A stretch of 64,000 nt of DNA, from positions 41,828,788 through 41,892,787 of the forward strand of contig CM120640.1 in the NCBI GenBank assembly GCA_051362555.1. The letters run 5' to 3'. The translations under genes and the position numbers were made by a program. The notes beneath the pieces are model-generated. The model worked only from the letters and a program-made list of their open reading frames with translations, did not search any database and had not been told where the DNA came from. The DNA comes from Lingula anatina. Lineage: Eukaryota; Animalia; Brachiopoda. This document shows positions 50,448-62,596 of this stretch, piece after piece. How positions within the stretch are numbered: the stretch's first letter is position 1; every line of letters begins with the position of its first letter.

Positions 50448-53400
50448 ATGTCCGAGTACGAAAATGTAGCAAAAGGATCTCTTAAACTAAAAGGTGTTTC
50501 CGACGGTGGGGTCAAAAAGTAAGCTGTCATATTTAACACTGTAATTGATACAGCGACGTAGGAGTGTATTAATTATTCACCAAGTTATTATTTTCTCTCA
50601 AGTTCGCTACTTCTCATGCGAAAGTGAATAACACATTCTAAAAGTAAGAATATAAACATCATATTGCTAGTGATCGGTATTCGTGAGTGTTATGTTTCCT
50701 GTCCATAACGATCACATTCCTCTCATTAAAAAAAAAGTTAACCTATCGACATAATCCACAGTAATGGTACGTTTTTATTTACCTGACGTTTTTTGACACA
50801 CATTGCCTCTGTATAGGGGTGACAATCATAAACGTCTCCTACTTGTTGTAGGGTCAAAACACGGTAACGGTGCCATGGGTGTCAAAATTTTTTTTGTTTC
50901 ATTGAAATTTAAAATTTTTACATTTTTGTAGAAAACAAATCAAATTTTCAGACAATGTAAGTTTCATTGATATACTCCCAGTACTTTTTGTGTGAGCCAC
51001 TGGGAAACATAAAGGGAAAAATAAATTGTCTCTGACGGGACACATGGTCATATTGGCCTGAGTCAGATATTAGGTTGTTTTTTCAAGTTTTTATCACCCA
51101 GATATGTTAAACTAATCAGAAGTAATAGTTTAACATAGAAAACTGCCACCTATCACTTATTTTGAGTAAAAAATTATTTAGCACTAGGAGTGGTGTGTCC
51201 CGTCAGAGACATTTGACTTCGAAAAGTTTTCATATTTTCCACATCTGGTAGGTTGTATAAATGAAACTTAAAATCCTCTTTTAAATTATGATAAGTAATG
51301 ATTATAGCTAAAAATTACAAAATTAAAACAATTAACAGTGAATTAATTGCCACATTTTATCGTTGTCTCTGACGGGACATTTTTCTGTCTCTGACGGGAC
51401 ATTTTCTGACAGATGTGAAACACAAGGTTTTACATCTTCAATTGAATCATTTTCAAGTGTTCTGGTGTGTTACATTTCTTATTTTTCTTTTGCAACTGAT
51501 CATTATTGGGTAATTCATTAACCATTACTGATTATTAGCTAGGTTGACTGTCAGTGATTAGGTGTTGACATGTGCCGTAAGAGATCATGTCAGAGCACTA
51601 GAACTGTGAGCAGGTCATTCTGTTCACTGCATGTGCATGATTTAGAACAGGGTCTGAAGGAGACCTCCAGCTCCAACCATATGTTGTGGTATCTGATGAT
51701 CTGCACCATAACAAAAACAGTCCATCTTCACTTGTAATAAGGCCATTCTCGAAGACCTCCAACACCAGCAATCATCCAGCAAAGTCCATTACTGGTCAAA
51801 CAGAGCCCGAACCCCCAGTCAATTCAAAAGTTGGTTTTTACTGTCTAAACATGGTACTATCATGAAAGAGATTTTGGTATGGAAGTGGTACTTTTATACC
51901 ACTGCCCATGGCAAAGGACCAGTGGACCACTGAAGGTTCTGGCAAAAGAATCTTTGTGTTCCCTTACACAGAAGACAAAGCATGGATTCCCATAAAAGAT
52001 GCCAAGGAAGTCCTTCCAATACCTAGCATAGACACTCATGGACTTTACTTGTTTCCATCACCTGTTAATGTGACTGGTTGAAAAAAATCTCTAAAGTGCA
52101 AAAAAGATGTGTTCTAAGACTAATTGAAAAACAGGAATTATTATGTGAACTATCATGGACAGTGTTAATTGATATTGGGAAATAGCAGTTATGGACAGTG
52201 GATTACGTGAAAATTGTACTGTGCCTTATCACTGTGTCATGATAATTAATTAATATTATAAATATATTGCATCTGGTGATTTTTCTAATGTACAGAAATG
52301 CTATTTTGCAATAACCATCAAGTAAGATTCATTAGATACAAAAAAGTGGCTTTTTATACCTATTTTCTAAGATTTTTCAACAGTGCCCAAAAGTGTCCCG
52401 TCAGAGACGTCCCGTCAGAGACAGTGACTTTTTACACTTAACAGCCCATGCTGCCAAGGAAAGTAAACAAAACTGGCCTGTTTGTGCATTAATTGCTTCC
52501 CAAGACCTGTACCTTGCAATATGAATTACAAAAGTCTTGATTAAATGAAATTTCAAAGAGAATTTTGCATTGGAGTTTTAGTAAAAAAATACAGGGGTCA
52601 AAAATGTCCCGTCAGAGACAGACCTTTAAGTGCTTGTCATTCCCACATTTATTTCAATACAAATTAGCTGCTTGTTTTACATAATCCTTTATGGTCCAGC
52701 TAAATAAAAATGTATTTAAAAGTAACCATGTGGATCATTTACCAACTGTAATTTTTAAAATTGTCTCTAAAATGTCCCGTCAGAGACATTTCAAATACCG
52801 TGTTTTGACCCTGTAGCAGTTCTCGCAGTCTGATATTGTATCTAATATTATTTTCACCGCCATCAATTTAAACTGTAGGAAAAAGAAAAAGAAGAGCAAG
52901 GATAGAGAAAAAGAAGTGGACCCAAAGAAGATTTTAGAACAAATGGCCCAAGAAAGCAGCTCGGGCAGTCAACAGACTTATTTTAGAGTTGATAAAAGGA
53001 CGAAGGCAGAAATGGCCTTTGAAAGAGCAAAAGAAAAGAGGGTGTGTTGTATTTCTGCATGTCGTTTTTATAGCAAATAGGATTCCTTGTTTTATGCATA
53101 TGTAGTAGACTATTAGAATTGACTGGACTGGAGATAAACAGTAAAGTCCACATTAAACTGCTTTGCGATAAAGAGAGATTTTGTTTAAAGCTGATACAAA
53201 CTCACATTATCAGACAAGATTACAATTAGAATATGTTCTTTCTGAAATTTGTTTCAACTGATCAAGTAAGCCAATACAATTTCATTTCCCATTAAAAGGG
53301 AGACACAGAGTAGATTTGAAATTGTGCCTTGATAAGTTTTCCACCTTGTGTCCATTGTATTCTTTTTAAAAAGGCTCCCGTAGAACTTTTTATGTAGAGT

Positions 53401-53912
53401 GAATAGCATATTTACATATGTATTTAGTTAATAAATACAGGGTATCAGTTTCTATCTCAGTACTAATTAAAGTCATTAACGTTTTTTTATAATGGCCAAT
53501 ATACGATTTGTTTGGATATATTTTTCTGAGTAAAGCAGGTAAACTTCTATTTTATTTTTAGGAAGCAGAAAAAATCATTGATAAAGCAGCAAAATCACAC
53601 AAAGAAAGAATAATGGTAAGTATTGTCTTTTTAATTGATAATCTGATACTCGCAGTAACAGTTTGCTTAGAATTTGAGGTGCATGCCATGCTTTGTTAAC
53701 AGGTATTTTGTCACTCATCTTAAATCATACATAGTCACGTATACTTATGTACTGATACATCTATATGTTGAATTTAATGATTTAGCCATCCTTTGCAATT
53801 TTTCACACACCATTTAATGTATCTTAAACTGCATTTTTTATAGGATTTCAACGCTCACTTGGACAATTTGACTGAGCATTTTGATATTCCAAAAGTTAGC
53901 TGGACCAAATGA
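50448..53912 (+). CDS. FAM32A: Protein FAM32A (spliceosomal exon-ligation factor)
   Basis: Exons are 50448-50518, 52879-53041, 53562-53615 and 53844-53912. The protein MSEYENVAKGSLKLKGV...KKKKKK...DKRTKAEMAFERAKEKR...KAAKSHKERIMDFNAHLDNLTEHFDIPKVSWTK* has the hallmark FAM32A C-terminus. Confidence 0.95.
50851..52811 (+). mobile_element. Internally deleted Sola2-like DNA transposon in FAM32A intron 1
   Basis: TGTA|GGGTCAAAACACGGTA ... TACCGTGTTTTGACCC|TGTA gives a 16-bp TIR, a 4-bp TSD and a GRG terminus. There are eight copies of TGTCTCTGACGGGAC(A) in both orientations. A transposase remnant at about 51600-52080 reads YVVVSDDLHHNK, KVHYWSN...SQFKS, WYFYTTAHGKGPVD and FVFPYTEDKAWIP. Confidence 0.8.
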
Positions 53913-54559
53913 AGCCTGTTCTTTGATTTTCAAGAAAGTAAAAAGAGTCATTTCTGTAAGAGTGCCCTGGAACCAAGCTCAGTGGTCATTGAAAGGGATT
54001 TTAAGGAAAGCAGCATTGAAGAATGTGACCACCTCTCGTTTAAAATTGATGTGCATAAGTTAAAGTACAAGAGAAAAAGAATCGTGCTTGGGCTCACCGA
54101 CCTCAAGGGTCTATACCACTATGTTCTTTGTGATAATAGCACACATTGTATGAATAATACTCCAGATTTGTGCTTCATTTTAGGCAAACATCGTTATGCA
54201 TATTTATAAAAAATGAGTTTATCATGTTGGCAATCTGGACAAGAAAATAATTTTTAAATGCTACAGTAGCAAAATAATGGTTTTTATTCAAAGTGAGAGC
54301 AGTAAAGTACAAAATGATATGATAATACTTATTTCAGAGATTGGAATATTAAGTTGGCAGAATTGTGAATTGAGCATTACAAAAAATTATCATTGTGATA
54401 ATTGAATACTAGTACTTTTTTTACTGGAATAAAGTAAAAAAGCATACATTCTTTGTGAATGAGTATTGCCAAATTAATGGTTTGAAATGAAGAAACAGTC
54501 AAACATTTGAAATCTTATCATTGCACCAAGACGGCCATCTTTTACACCGGGAATCCACA

Positions 54560-56240
54560 TCACATTTCTTGTAAAGATCTTATTACTTCAGCATAGACCT
54601 GAAAGTACAAATGTATTTGAAGGTCAATTACATTTTTGCCAAACATGGGGATTCTATTTTCACAATGACTTAAGGCTTTTCATTAATTATAACAGTCTAA
54701 ATTTAAAAGAAATTTAAATTAAATTATGCAACCAAGGAGATCATAAATACAGAGTTTGAGAAGGTAGCTTCCTCGGAGCCAATTCCAGGAAAAGCTCCTG
54801 TTACTGACGTGGAGAAATAGATGTTTGTTTGCAAGCTTTAAAAATGTTTTTAGACATTTGATCAAGACATGATTAGCAGCAACATAATAAGTGTGTAATA
54901 TTTAAATGAGAAAAGTATGACAGAAATGCTTGTACAACATGATTATATGGGAAGGAGGCCTTGGTGAGAAATTTTAAAACTTTGTCATCATATACTAACA
55001 AGCATATAACTTTAAAAATGATACTACTCCTTTTCTTGAATAATCTCCTGAGTAGTACAAGTATGTGCTTTAATACTCCATATTGCATTACTGCTAACAT
55101 TGGCTCAGTTGGTTAGTCTAAAATACCTGTTCATTTGTGAAAAGAAATGATCTTGATACGAAAAGTTTTCGCGACACTTTGTCAAACTTCCACATATTGA
55201 TAGCGCAACCTAAAAGAAAAAAAAATGTTAATTGTTCTCGAGAAAAATTTTGTGAACCTTATTTACTATGAAAAAATATGGTAAGAAAACATACAAAAAA
55301 TTCAGATCCTTCTATGACTTTTTTGTAAACTCATAATATCACAGAACAAATGTAACTTTTTAGTGCATTGCTCACCTTGCTCTGTCCTTAAAAAAGCACC
55401 TTGTTCGTTGCCAATGAAAAAATTCCCAGTAGAAAATGTTATTTCATCAATTTTGCTTGTGTTGATCATCACATCTTCTGACAGTGGTATGTAGAGTGTG
55501 GATCCTTTTGGTTTGAATTCCTCTGTCTGATATACTGCTGTGCTACTGTGTAATGTAAGGAAATGTGAGCCTGGAATAATAATAAAAAAAAAAAAACAAT
55601 GCTAAAACATTTCTTTTAAAAAATAAAACCTTAGCATCATTTCGAAGAGTTGAAAAATCTAAACACAAGACCAACTGATCCTATTACAAGTGGAGGAATC
55701 ATATTATAACATTTCCAAGTAGAAAAACTGATTCTATTAGTATTATGTCTATTTTGTTACAATATTACTATCAAACCTACAGTACATACAACATAACACA
55801 AATACATTTTTAAATGTAATTAATAATTTAATGTTTCAGATTTCTATTTCTTAACAAAGCATGCTTCCCATTTTGCGTGTTAGTTTAGTGACCCCATGTT
55901 TACAATATATGTGGCATTTCTCAATTATCTGTAGAAAGACAAATGCTTTAACATCTAACTGGTGCATGAACCTATATAAAGGATCTTAAACGAGATAATA
56001 AACACACTTCAAGGTGCAATGGGAGACACAGATTTGCCTGGACGTGGATAATTATAGCCCCGATAGTTTGAAACACTGCTTGGAGGCCTTAGCTACGGTA
56101 AATACCTCACTTAGAATGTAAGGCCGACAACATTTCTCACCTCTCCTAACAATCCCAGTTTCTGTAGTCATTGCACAGTCATCACTCACTCTTCTTCTCT
56201 TCATGTTGCCGCTGTAAAGATTGCAGTCGCCATTCGCCAT
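54560..56240 (-). CDS. Uncharacterised 138-aa protein (four coding exons)
   Basis: Exons are 56240-56141 (AGA G|GTGAGA), 55570-55376, 55209-55127 and 54598-54560. All are GT-AG with pyrimidine tracts, and phases 1/1/0 join into one open frame ending in TGA. No family was recognised. Confidence 0.7.
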
Positions 56241-57935
56241 CGAACTGTCACCAAATGTTTCCAAACGCGACAAAAGTCAGCGGTAAGCCTGTTTTCCAGT
56301 AAACGATATCGCTATCAATATCACTTCATATGATTGTCATTAGCAGAGAAAGCTGTGCACATTATTTAGTAGTCAGGTATGATGGCAGTGAAGTACCTTG
56401 TTTATATTCGTAACTGACCTACATTAATATTCTTGGTAGGCCTCCGACCAAGTTGACACACGATCATGCACTACTTTTAAAGTGACCTCGCTACAATGGG
56501 TTGCATACCATATATGCAAAATCTGACCTAAAATTTAAATTGCTTTCGTTTACTAGAAAATGTGAAATACTGGCAAGCGTATTACTATGGAATGGGGATT
56601 ATCCAAGACAAGCCTTTTTGAGGTAGGGGAGGGTGTGGTGGGGGTAATTTCGAACACATGAACATCTTTATCCAGAATAAAATTCACCCAATGAAATTAA
56701 AGCCTGCTTTGCATTTTAAAAAACCTTTTCGTCTCACATGCACAATATTGTCTAAATAAGTTCATATAGATTTTTGTAGAAACTAAAATTGAATGACATG
56801 AAATTGCTTGGTTCCCCAGTATCATTCGACAGAACCAGCTCAGATAGAAATTCTGTTTTTGATTCAAACTGGTACTCCCTTTATGATTAATAGTTATGTT
56901 AATGGATCAGATGATAAGGTCTAATTAGTTTATCAATTAATCCTTAGTACAAACATTTTACTTTTATATTGCCACAACGTGATGACAGATAAAATTATAT
57001 AATTGTTAATTTCAGCTTAATCGAAAGCCAGTTAGGCCATTACAATGGTTTAATTAAATTTTTATGATGTACATAAAATATTCTAAGCAAAATTTAGAAC
57101 AGTAGGCCTGTCTTTAGCTACAAACATTTTTTAGTATTTTGCCCTAGTGCAGACATAAAGAAAATTAATTCATTGCCACGTCACCAATTTGAAATTTCCC
57201 GCATAAGCCTAAAATCAGATGGTCATCACTCGCATTTCATGACCTTACTGCAAATGGGAACTCACAAGTTGCTGCAGTGTGCGAAACGTGAAATTACATC
57301 ATGAACGATGACGGTTCGTTTTATTTTTAATTTATGTGAAAGTTAACATTCCAGTAATGTATACTGCAAGGGAATTACAGGTCTGTAATCATACGACAAA
57401 TTTGTTTTATTTCATTAAAAATGATCATAATGACTATGCACAGGTTTCACGACTTAAGATAGATTTGCTAAATGATACTTTGTAGAAAACTTATGAACTC
57501 GTGAAATGACACACACCAAAATCAGTAAATATACACATAACTATGCACAAAAGTTGTCCAGGAACCATTATTATAACTTATTATGTAATAAGTCAAAACA
57601 GACAGGTGTAAAATATCGCGATAAGACCATCTCCTGTCTATTCCGGCTACTCATATTAAGAAGTTTAATACGTTAACTTGGATTTGGCAGCTATCACTTT
57701 TAAAGCAGATGTTTTTACACTCTTGTTTTTTTTTAAATCAATTTATATCAAGTTTATTTCTATAAGATTGAACATAACACTCTAAACAAATATTTAACTA
57801 TAAATGCAGGGACTATCGATAATTCGTGATATATCAAAACGTTATTCTTTTCCCCTGCTACATCAGTGATGGTTCTCTCTTAAAATCGTTTAAGAAAATT
57901 CACGTCCTTTTGTCTTCCACTGACCGATAGAAAGT

Positions 57936-60762
57936 TTACACAGTTATTAGGCTGTAGGATTTGACAGAGTTGCCAGAGTTCATAGGGACAGAGTTGCGAG
58001 AAGAGCGTATCAGCTCATCCATGTCCTTTAATTTCTCAAGGACACTTAATCGTCCACTGAGTCTCTCTATCACTCTGGCCATAGTGGGACGCTCTGTCGG
58101 ACACAGTAAAACGCACTCGGCCACCAAACTGGTGAGGCCCATCAACTGATCCAGGCGAGCCTTCCTCAGAATCACGCCAAAACTGTACACATCGGACTGT
58201 GTGGTTGCGTACTGCCCCTTCCACACCTCGGGGGCATGGTGAGGAAACTGTCGCATTAACCGGTCCACGTGCCCGGCATCCGCCCTGTGCGTGTATCCAT
58301 ACTCTGAAGAAGCACTGAATGTGGCTTTCCCCAGGTCAATGATGTAAACGTCCGGGTCGTTTTCAACAGGTCCTGTAAGTACTACGTTTCTGGGGTGCAA
58401 GTCATTAAAGATGATACCCAGAGCGTGGAGGCGCGCTAGTTTTACGGCGAGTTTCAGCATCAGCTTTGCCCACTGAATCATAAGCTTCAGGTTCATCGCC
58501 ACGAACGGCGCACCTGGAAGAGTTGAGATTGCCTTATCAAGAGTAAAGGTTCTCACTTGATCTGGATCTCCGATGAATTTTGAAACGATGCCAAATTCAT
58601 GGTAAAATCCTTTTCTAATGCCGTACCGGAGAAACATAGTGTTCCTCAGGTCTACGAGTCCAAAGAACTCGGGAACAATTTCAGTTCCGCTGAGTGCGTC
58701 CATAAGGCGCGTTTCTCTGACAGCGCTGTCAAAGTCTTCTACTGTTTTGAAAGTTTTCACGGCAACGTATGTATCACTGACAGTGTCTTTGGCCAAGAAT
58801 ACCTTTCCAAAGGACCCTGTCCCGATTAAAACGCCTCTCTTTTCCAGGAAATCAATGGAAGATACCGGGATGCAACGAGGGGTGTCTTGAACGAAGAGCT
58901 CTGGGGAGGATCTCTCGTCTGTAATGGGGACCCCTTTGATGCGACCTAACAGGTCTGAAAGAACATTATCAATATGGTGTATAAGAACTCCACGTAAAGA
59001 TAGATACAGAATCTTTATGAAAGTATATTTATTAACATTTATGGTTATTTATATCTATAATGATACGAATTACCACTTACATATAAATAGATAAATAAAC
59101 AGTTACGGAAAAATAAAAACTGATAGTACAAAAGACCTTTAAAAGTATATACGACGCGTATAGGACCGATATTCAAAGCGTTTTGGGCATCGAGCGGTGA
59201 ACGCAGGTTGGTGATCGCAAGTGCTTGTATGTTTGGCATTAAGTACTGACCAACGCACCTGATTTCACTGAGTATCCACCGCCATTAATATTCTGTGCAG
59301 AATGAAAATGCTAGTAGCAAAAATAAAATTAAAATTAAAAAGAAAGAAAGAAAGAGACAAGAAAGCAAGAAAAAAGTAAAGAAATAAAAACAGAAAAGAA
59401 AAGAAAGGAAAAGCTAGTATTTCAGTAAAAACGAAAAAGAAAAGATGAAAATGTCAAAAGTTCTAGCAAAATGAAAAGATAATAGGGAAAATAAGCAAAT
59501 AATTTAAAAAATAAAAGACAATTACCTTCTTATCTGCATCCTTCCTTTTGCTACCTTGGCGTTTTCTGCCTTTCCGTTCTCTATCATTTCTGCTAGAGTG
59601 CTCAGCTAATGAAAGAAATAGATTATTAAATATCATTTTAAACTTTTTATCCCCATTACCGATCACTTTAAGCACTATTCTGGACTTGATGCCTCCTACA
59701 CTACCACTAGGCTCCCACTAACGTACACCACCACTTGCATCACCCTCATCTCTACCTTAAAGGTACATACGAACCGAGCATCGGTGGAGTGTGGATTCCC
59801 AGTAACACATGTAAACCACTTCTACTAGATTCTTATATGGCTCAAATAAATTCGACATGCCAAGGGATAAACTGAATAGATCACTCGATCAGCCATAAAA
59901 GACCTTTAGGCTGCTCCTTTCTTTAAATTTATGGTTGTAAATTTAACCTACTTCCGTGACCTACTTTCCTGCCCCATTGACATACAGCTTAGAATGCCAG
60001 CAGAAAAATCTGTTCAAACATCATTTTCGGGTAAAATTAAACAATGCCTTTTGGTAATTCTCTTAGTTATACTACTTGAAACTATATGCTGGCATTTGGT
60101 TGGTTTTTGTGACAAAAAATTGACTTTGTATGCATCTTTAATACTGCTTAATATCATCACTTAATGCAAGCATGTGGCTGCCGCTTAATTCCGTCTTTTG
60201 TGGTATTCCCATTTTCTCAGAGGCTTTCACTTTTCAAAGTAATGCGTTTAACGGCACCGTTATTTGCTACAAAGAGTGCATTTGACTTTGGACGAGATAA
60301 AAGTCAATATTTTTTTGCACGTATAACCCTTTTTATTATAGCGAGATATAATCTCATTGTATAAAGTTTCAAATAGAGTACATACCACTGCCACATATGA
60401 AGAAGTGTGCCACTATTGTCAGAATGTTTCTGAGCCCTCTCAATACCGAGGGACGCTGTGACTGTAAAAGAAAACCAAAGTAACTCGTAAGGTGTTTATT
60501 AAACTACGCGCTGGAGGTTTCTCGTCAAAGTAAAAAAAAAAAAAAAACATGTAAAAATGTTATTTTAAAAGTTGGCGCATAATAATTTAAGTAAACATCT
60601 TACTTGAAGTAGATTCATAATATAAGTTGTTTGGATAGGTCAGTGTTTAAATCAGTGTAAAATGAATAAATATCGACAGCCAAACAACGATCCGCACAAG
60701 TTACAAGGACCAATACCACTGTAGAAAGTTTTTTACCCAAGCATACTTACCCGTGACGACAT
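57936..60762 (-). CDS. Divergent protein kinase (whole kinase domain in the last exon)
   Basis: The last exon is 58954-57936 and encodes GTGSFGKV, VAVK, AVRE (alphaC), FNDLHPRN, IIDLG, HHAPE, SDVYSFG and RPTM. Upstream in-phase exons are 59292-59259, 59605-59526, 60461-60386 and the 12-nt first exon 60762-60751 (MSSR), with a possible micro-exon near 60266-60231. The upstream exons are less certain than the kinase exon. Confidence 0.8.
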
Positions 60763-61798
60763 AACTTCTTAACTTATAGTTAAACAATTCTCTATTTTCG
60801 TAATATTTAAACAATAAATAAACTGTAGAGTCTACTTCAAAATCAATCAAATGATTTGGAGCAACGGTTGCCTATGGCTATTTGATAATGGTTTATATGA
60901 CGTCACAAACTCGTGCCTAACGCGACGTGAGCAAAAAAAAAAAAAAAAAAAAAAAAAAACTATATAATATTACAAAAAATAAATAAAAATAAATAAATAA
61001 ATAAAAAGGAATAATTGCAAATATTTCTAATGTAGACGTAAGTTAGATCTACAAAAATGAAGTCCATTCTGATATCTAAGGGAACTACAACACGTACAGG
61101 GGTTTAGCTCTAAATGGCTTAAGGGTATTGTTACACTTTATTATCATCCAGATACCGAAAATGAGGTTTTTCCTGCATCTAATTATTCAATAATGCATCT
61201 ATCTGTGTGCTGATTTTAAACAATAAAAACCCTTGAAAATATAAAATATCGACGTTTATATTTCTCTTTGCAATGTATAAGCATAGACAACGTCAATTTA
61301 ACAACTTTTTTTGAGGGGAGATAGCAATCGGTATGGGGTGTAATTTCATCCCTAAACAAGATTGGCAAAAAATGCATATAAAGCAGTAAATAAGGAGTTT
61401 TGGAGAGTTTTGAGACAATATCCTTAAAGCAGTCATACACAGAGGCATATTTCTTACAGTTCAACCCTCGTCTAATAGGCCTACTGTACAAAAAGTAGAA
61501 CCTTCACATAAGCCTTAGGCTGTAATACGTTATGCTGTCTCTAATAATTGAACTTTTTTGAGAAAGGTCAAAAGGCCATTGTCTTTGTGTTCATAATACA
61601 TTTTAAAAGATTATGCGGGAAAGAGTTGGCCTATTCTTACGCATTAAGCCTACCATTTTAACGCAAAAGATTCAAAAGTATTAGAGTTTAGGCCTATATT
61701 TGATAAAATAGATAATTACAGCAGCATTATATAGTGAGTGGCCCAATAGCTTAACATTCAGTCACGCCTACGTTAAAGTTGCCCCTTATCACACTCAC

Positions 61799-61985
61799 CC
61801 GTGACGACATGACTTTATAAATATCGCAGCCTAAAACGTAGTTGGTACTCTTTTTTTCGCTATAATGATATCAATAATATATAGACTTTGTATCTACTAG
61901 TAATCAACCGAATGATGCAAAGCAACGGTTGTCTGTAGTTACTTAATTATAACGTCACAAACTCGTGCTCAACGCGATGTGTGCA
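61799..61985 (-). promoter_or_regulatory. Second (duplicated) promoter and MSSR first exon of the kinase gene
   Basis: ATGTCGTCACGG|GTGAGT at 61810-61799. The upstream motifs agcaacggttg, acgtcacaaactcgtgc and aacgcga.gtg are shared with 60751-60932. Confidence 0.65.
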
Positions 61986-62596
61986 ACAATCGAAAGAGAC
62001 GTCAACTACTCATATAAAGGATTAAACAATGAATTAGATCTATTTCTCATAATATTATGAAGAAATTTCTATCAGAAATCAGTTTAATCCTTTATGTGTC
62101 TGTTGTGAATCATTCATAACGTCGACCTTTCCTTCTTGTTTTCCATTAAAATTTCTTTATATCTGAACTTTTTTCTCTATAAATCTACGTGGTCTTTATT
62201 TCGTTACTAGACCTATTTTTCACTTTTTTGTGTCCTCGCCTTTTCGATTACGGAAATTTTCTAACCTAACAATATTTCATCGTTGACGTATCCATTTTTA
62301 GAGTTCGTTAAGTTCAATTAGGCCAATATACCTAAAAATCATTAGGTCTAATGTTTTTATTTCATAACAATAAACAATGCAAGTAAAAACAATCACCGGG
62401 ATGCTCGATAACAAGAAGATAATTGTATAATTGAGTTTATAGTAAAACACGACGTAATGAAAACTTTCACCAAAGTTTTTTCAAATTTATCGTAGTGATT
62501 TGCATCAGTTTTGTTCTTGGATATTATATCACAAACGTTTATGCCACCACTACATTTAAATTTCCAGGCGTTCGTACGAAATTTAACGTTCATCAT

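Noticed and set aside
51027-52788. Repeated 16-bp motif separated by unique spacers, superficially CRISPR-like
   Set aside because: The copies are in both orientations, irregularly spaced, and lie inside a TIR/TSD-bounded eukaryotic transposon. They are better explained as transposase-binding sites.
59951-60266. Possible long exon of the kinase gene
   Set aside because: It has multiple stops in the required frame. At most a short micro-exon is compatible, so it is not called.
12759-61985. Idea of a functional germline gene cluster (CYP26, SPATA6, kinase and RING gene with CRE/Myb/RFX motifs)
   Set aside because: Housekeeping genes (MRPL55, FAM32A) are interleaved, and adjacency in animal genomes is weak evidence without expression or synteny data.
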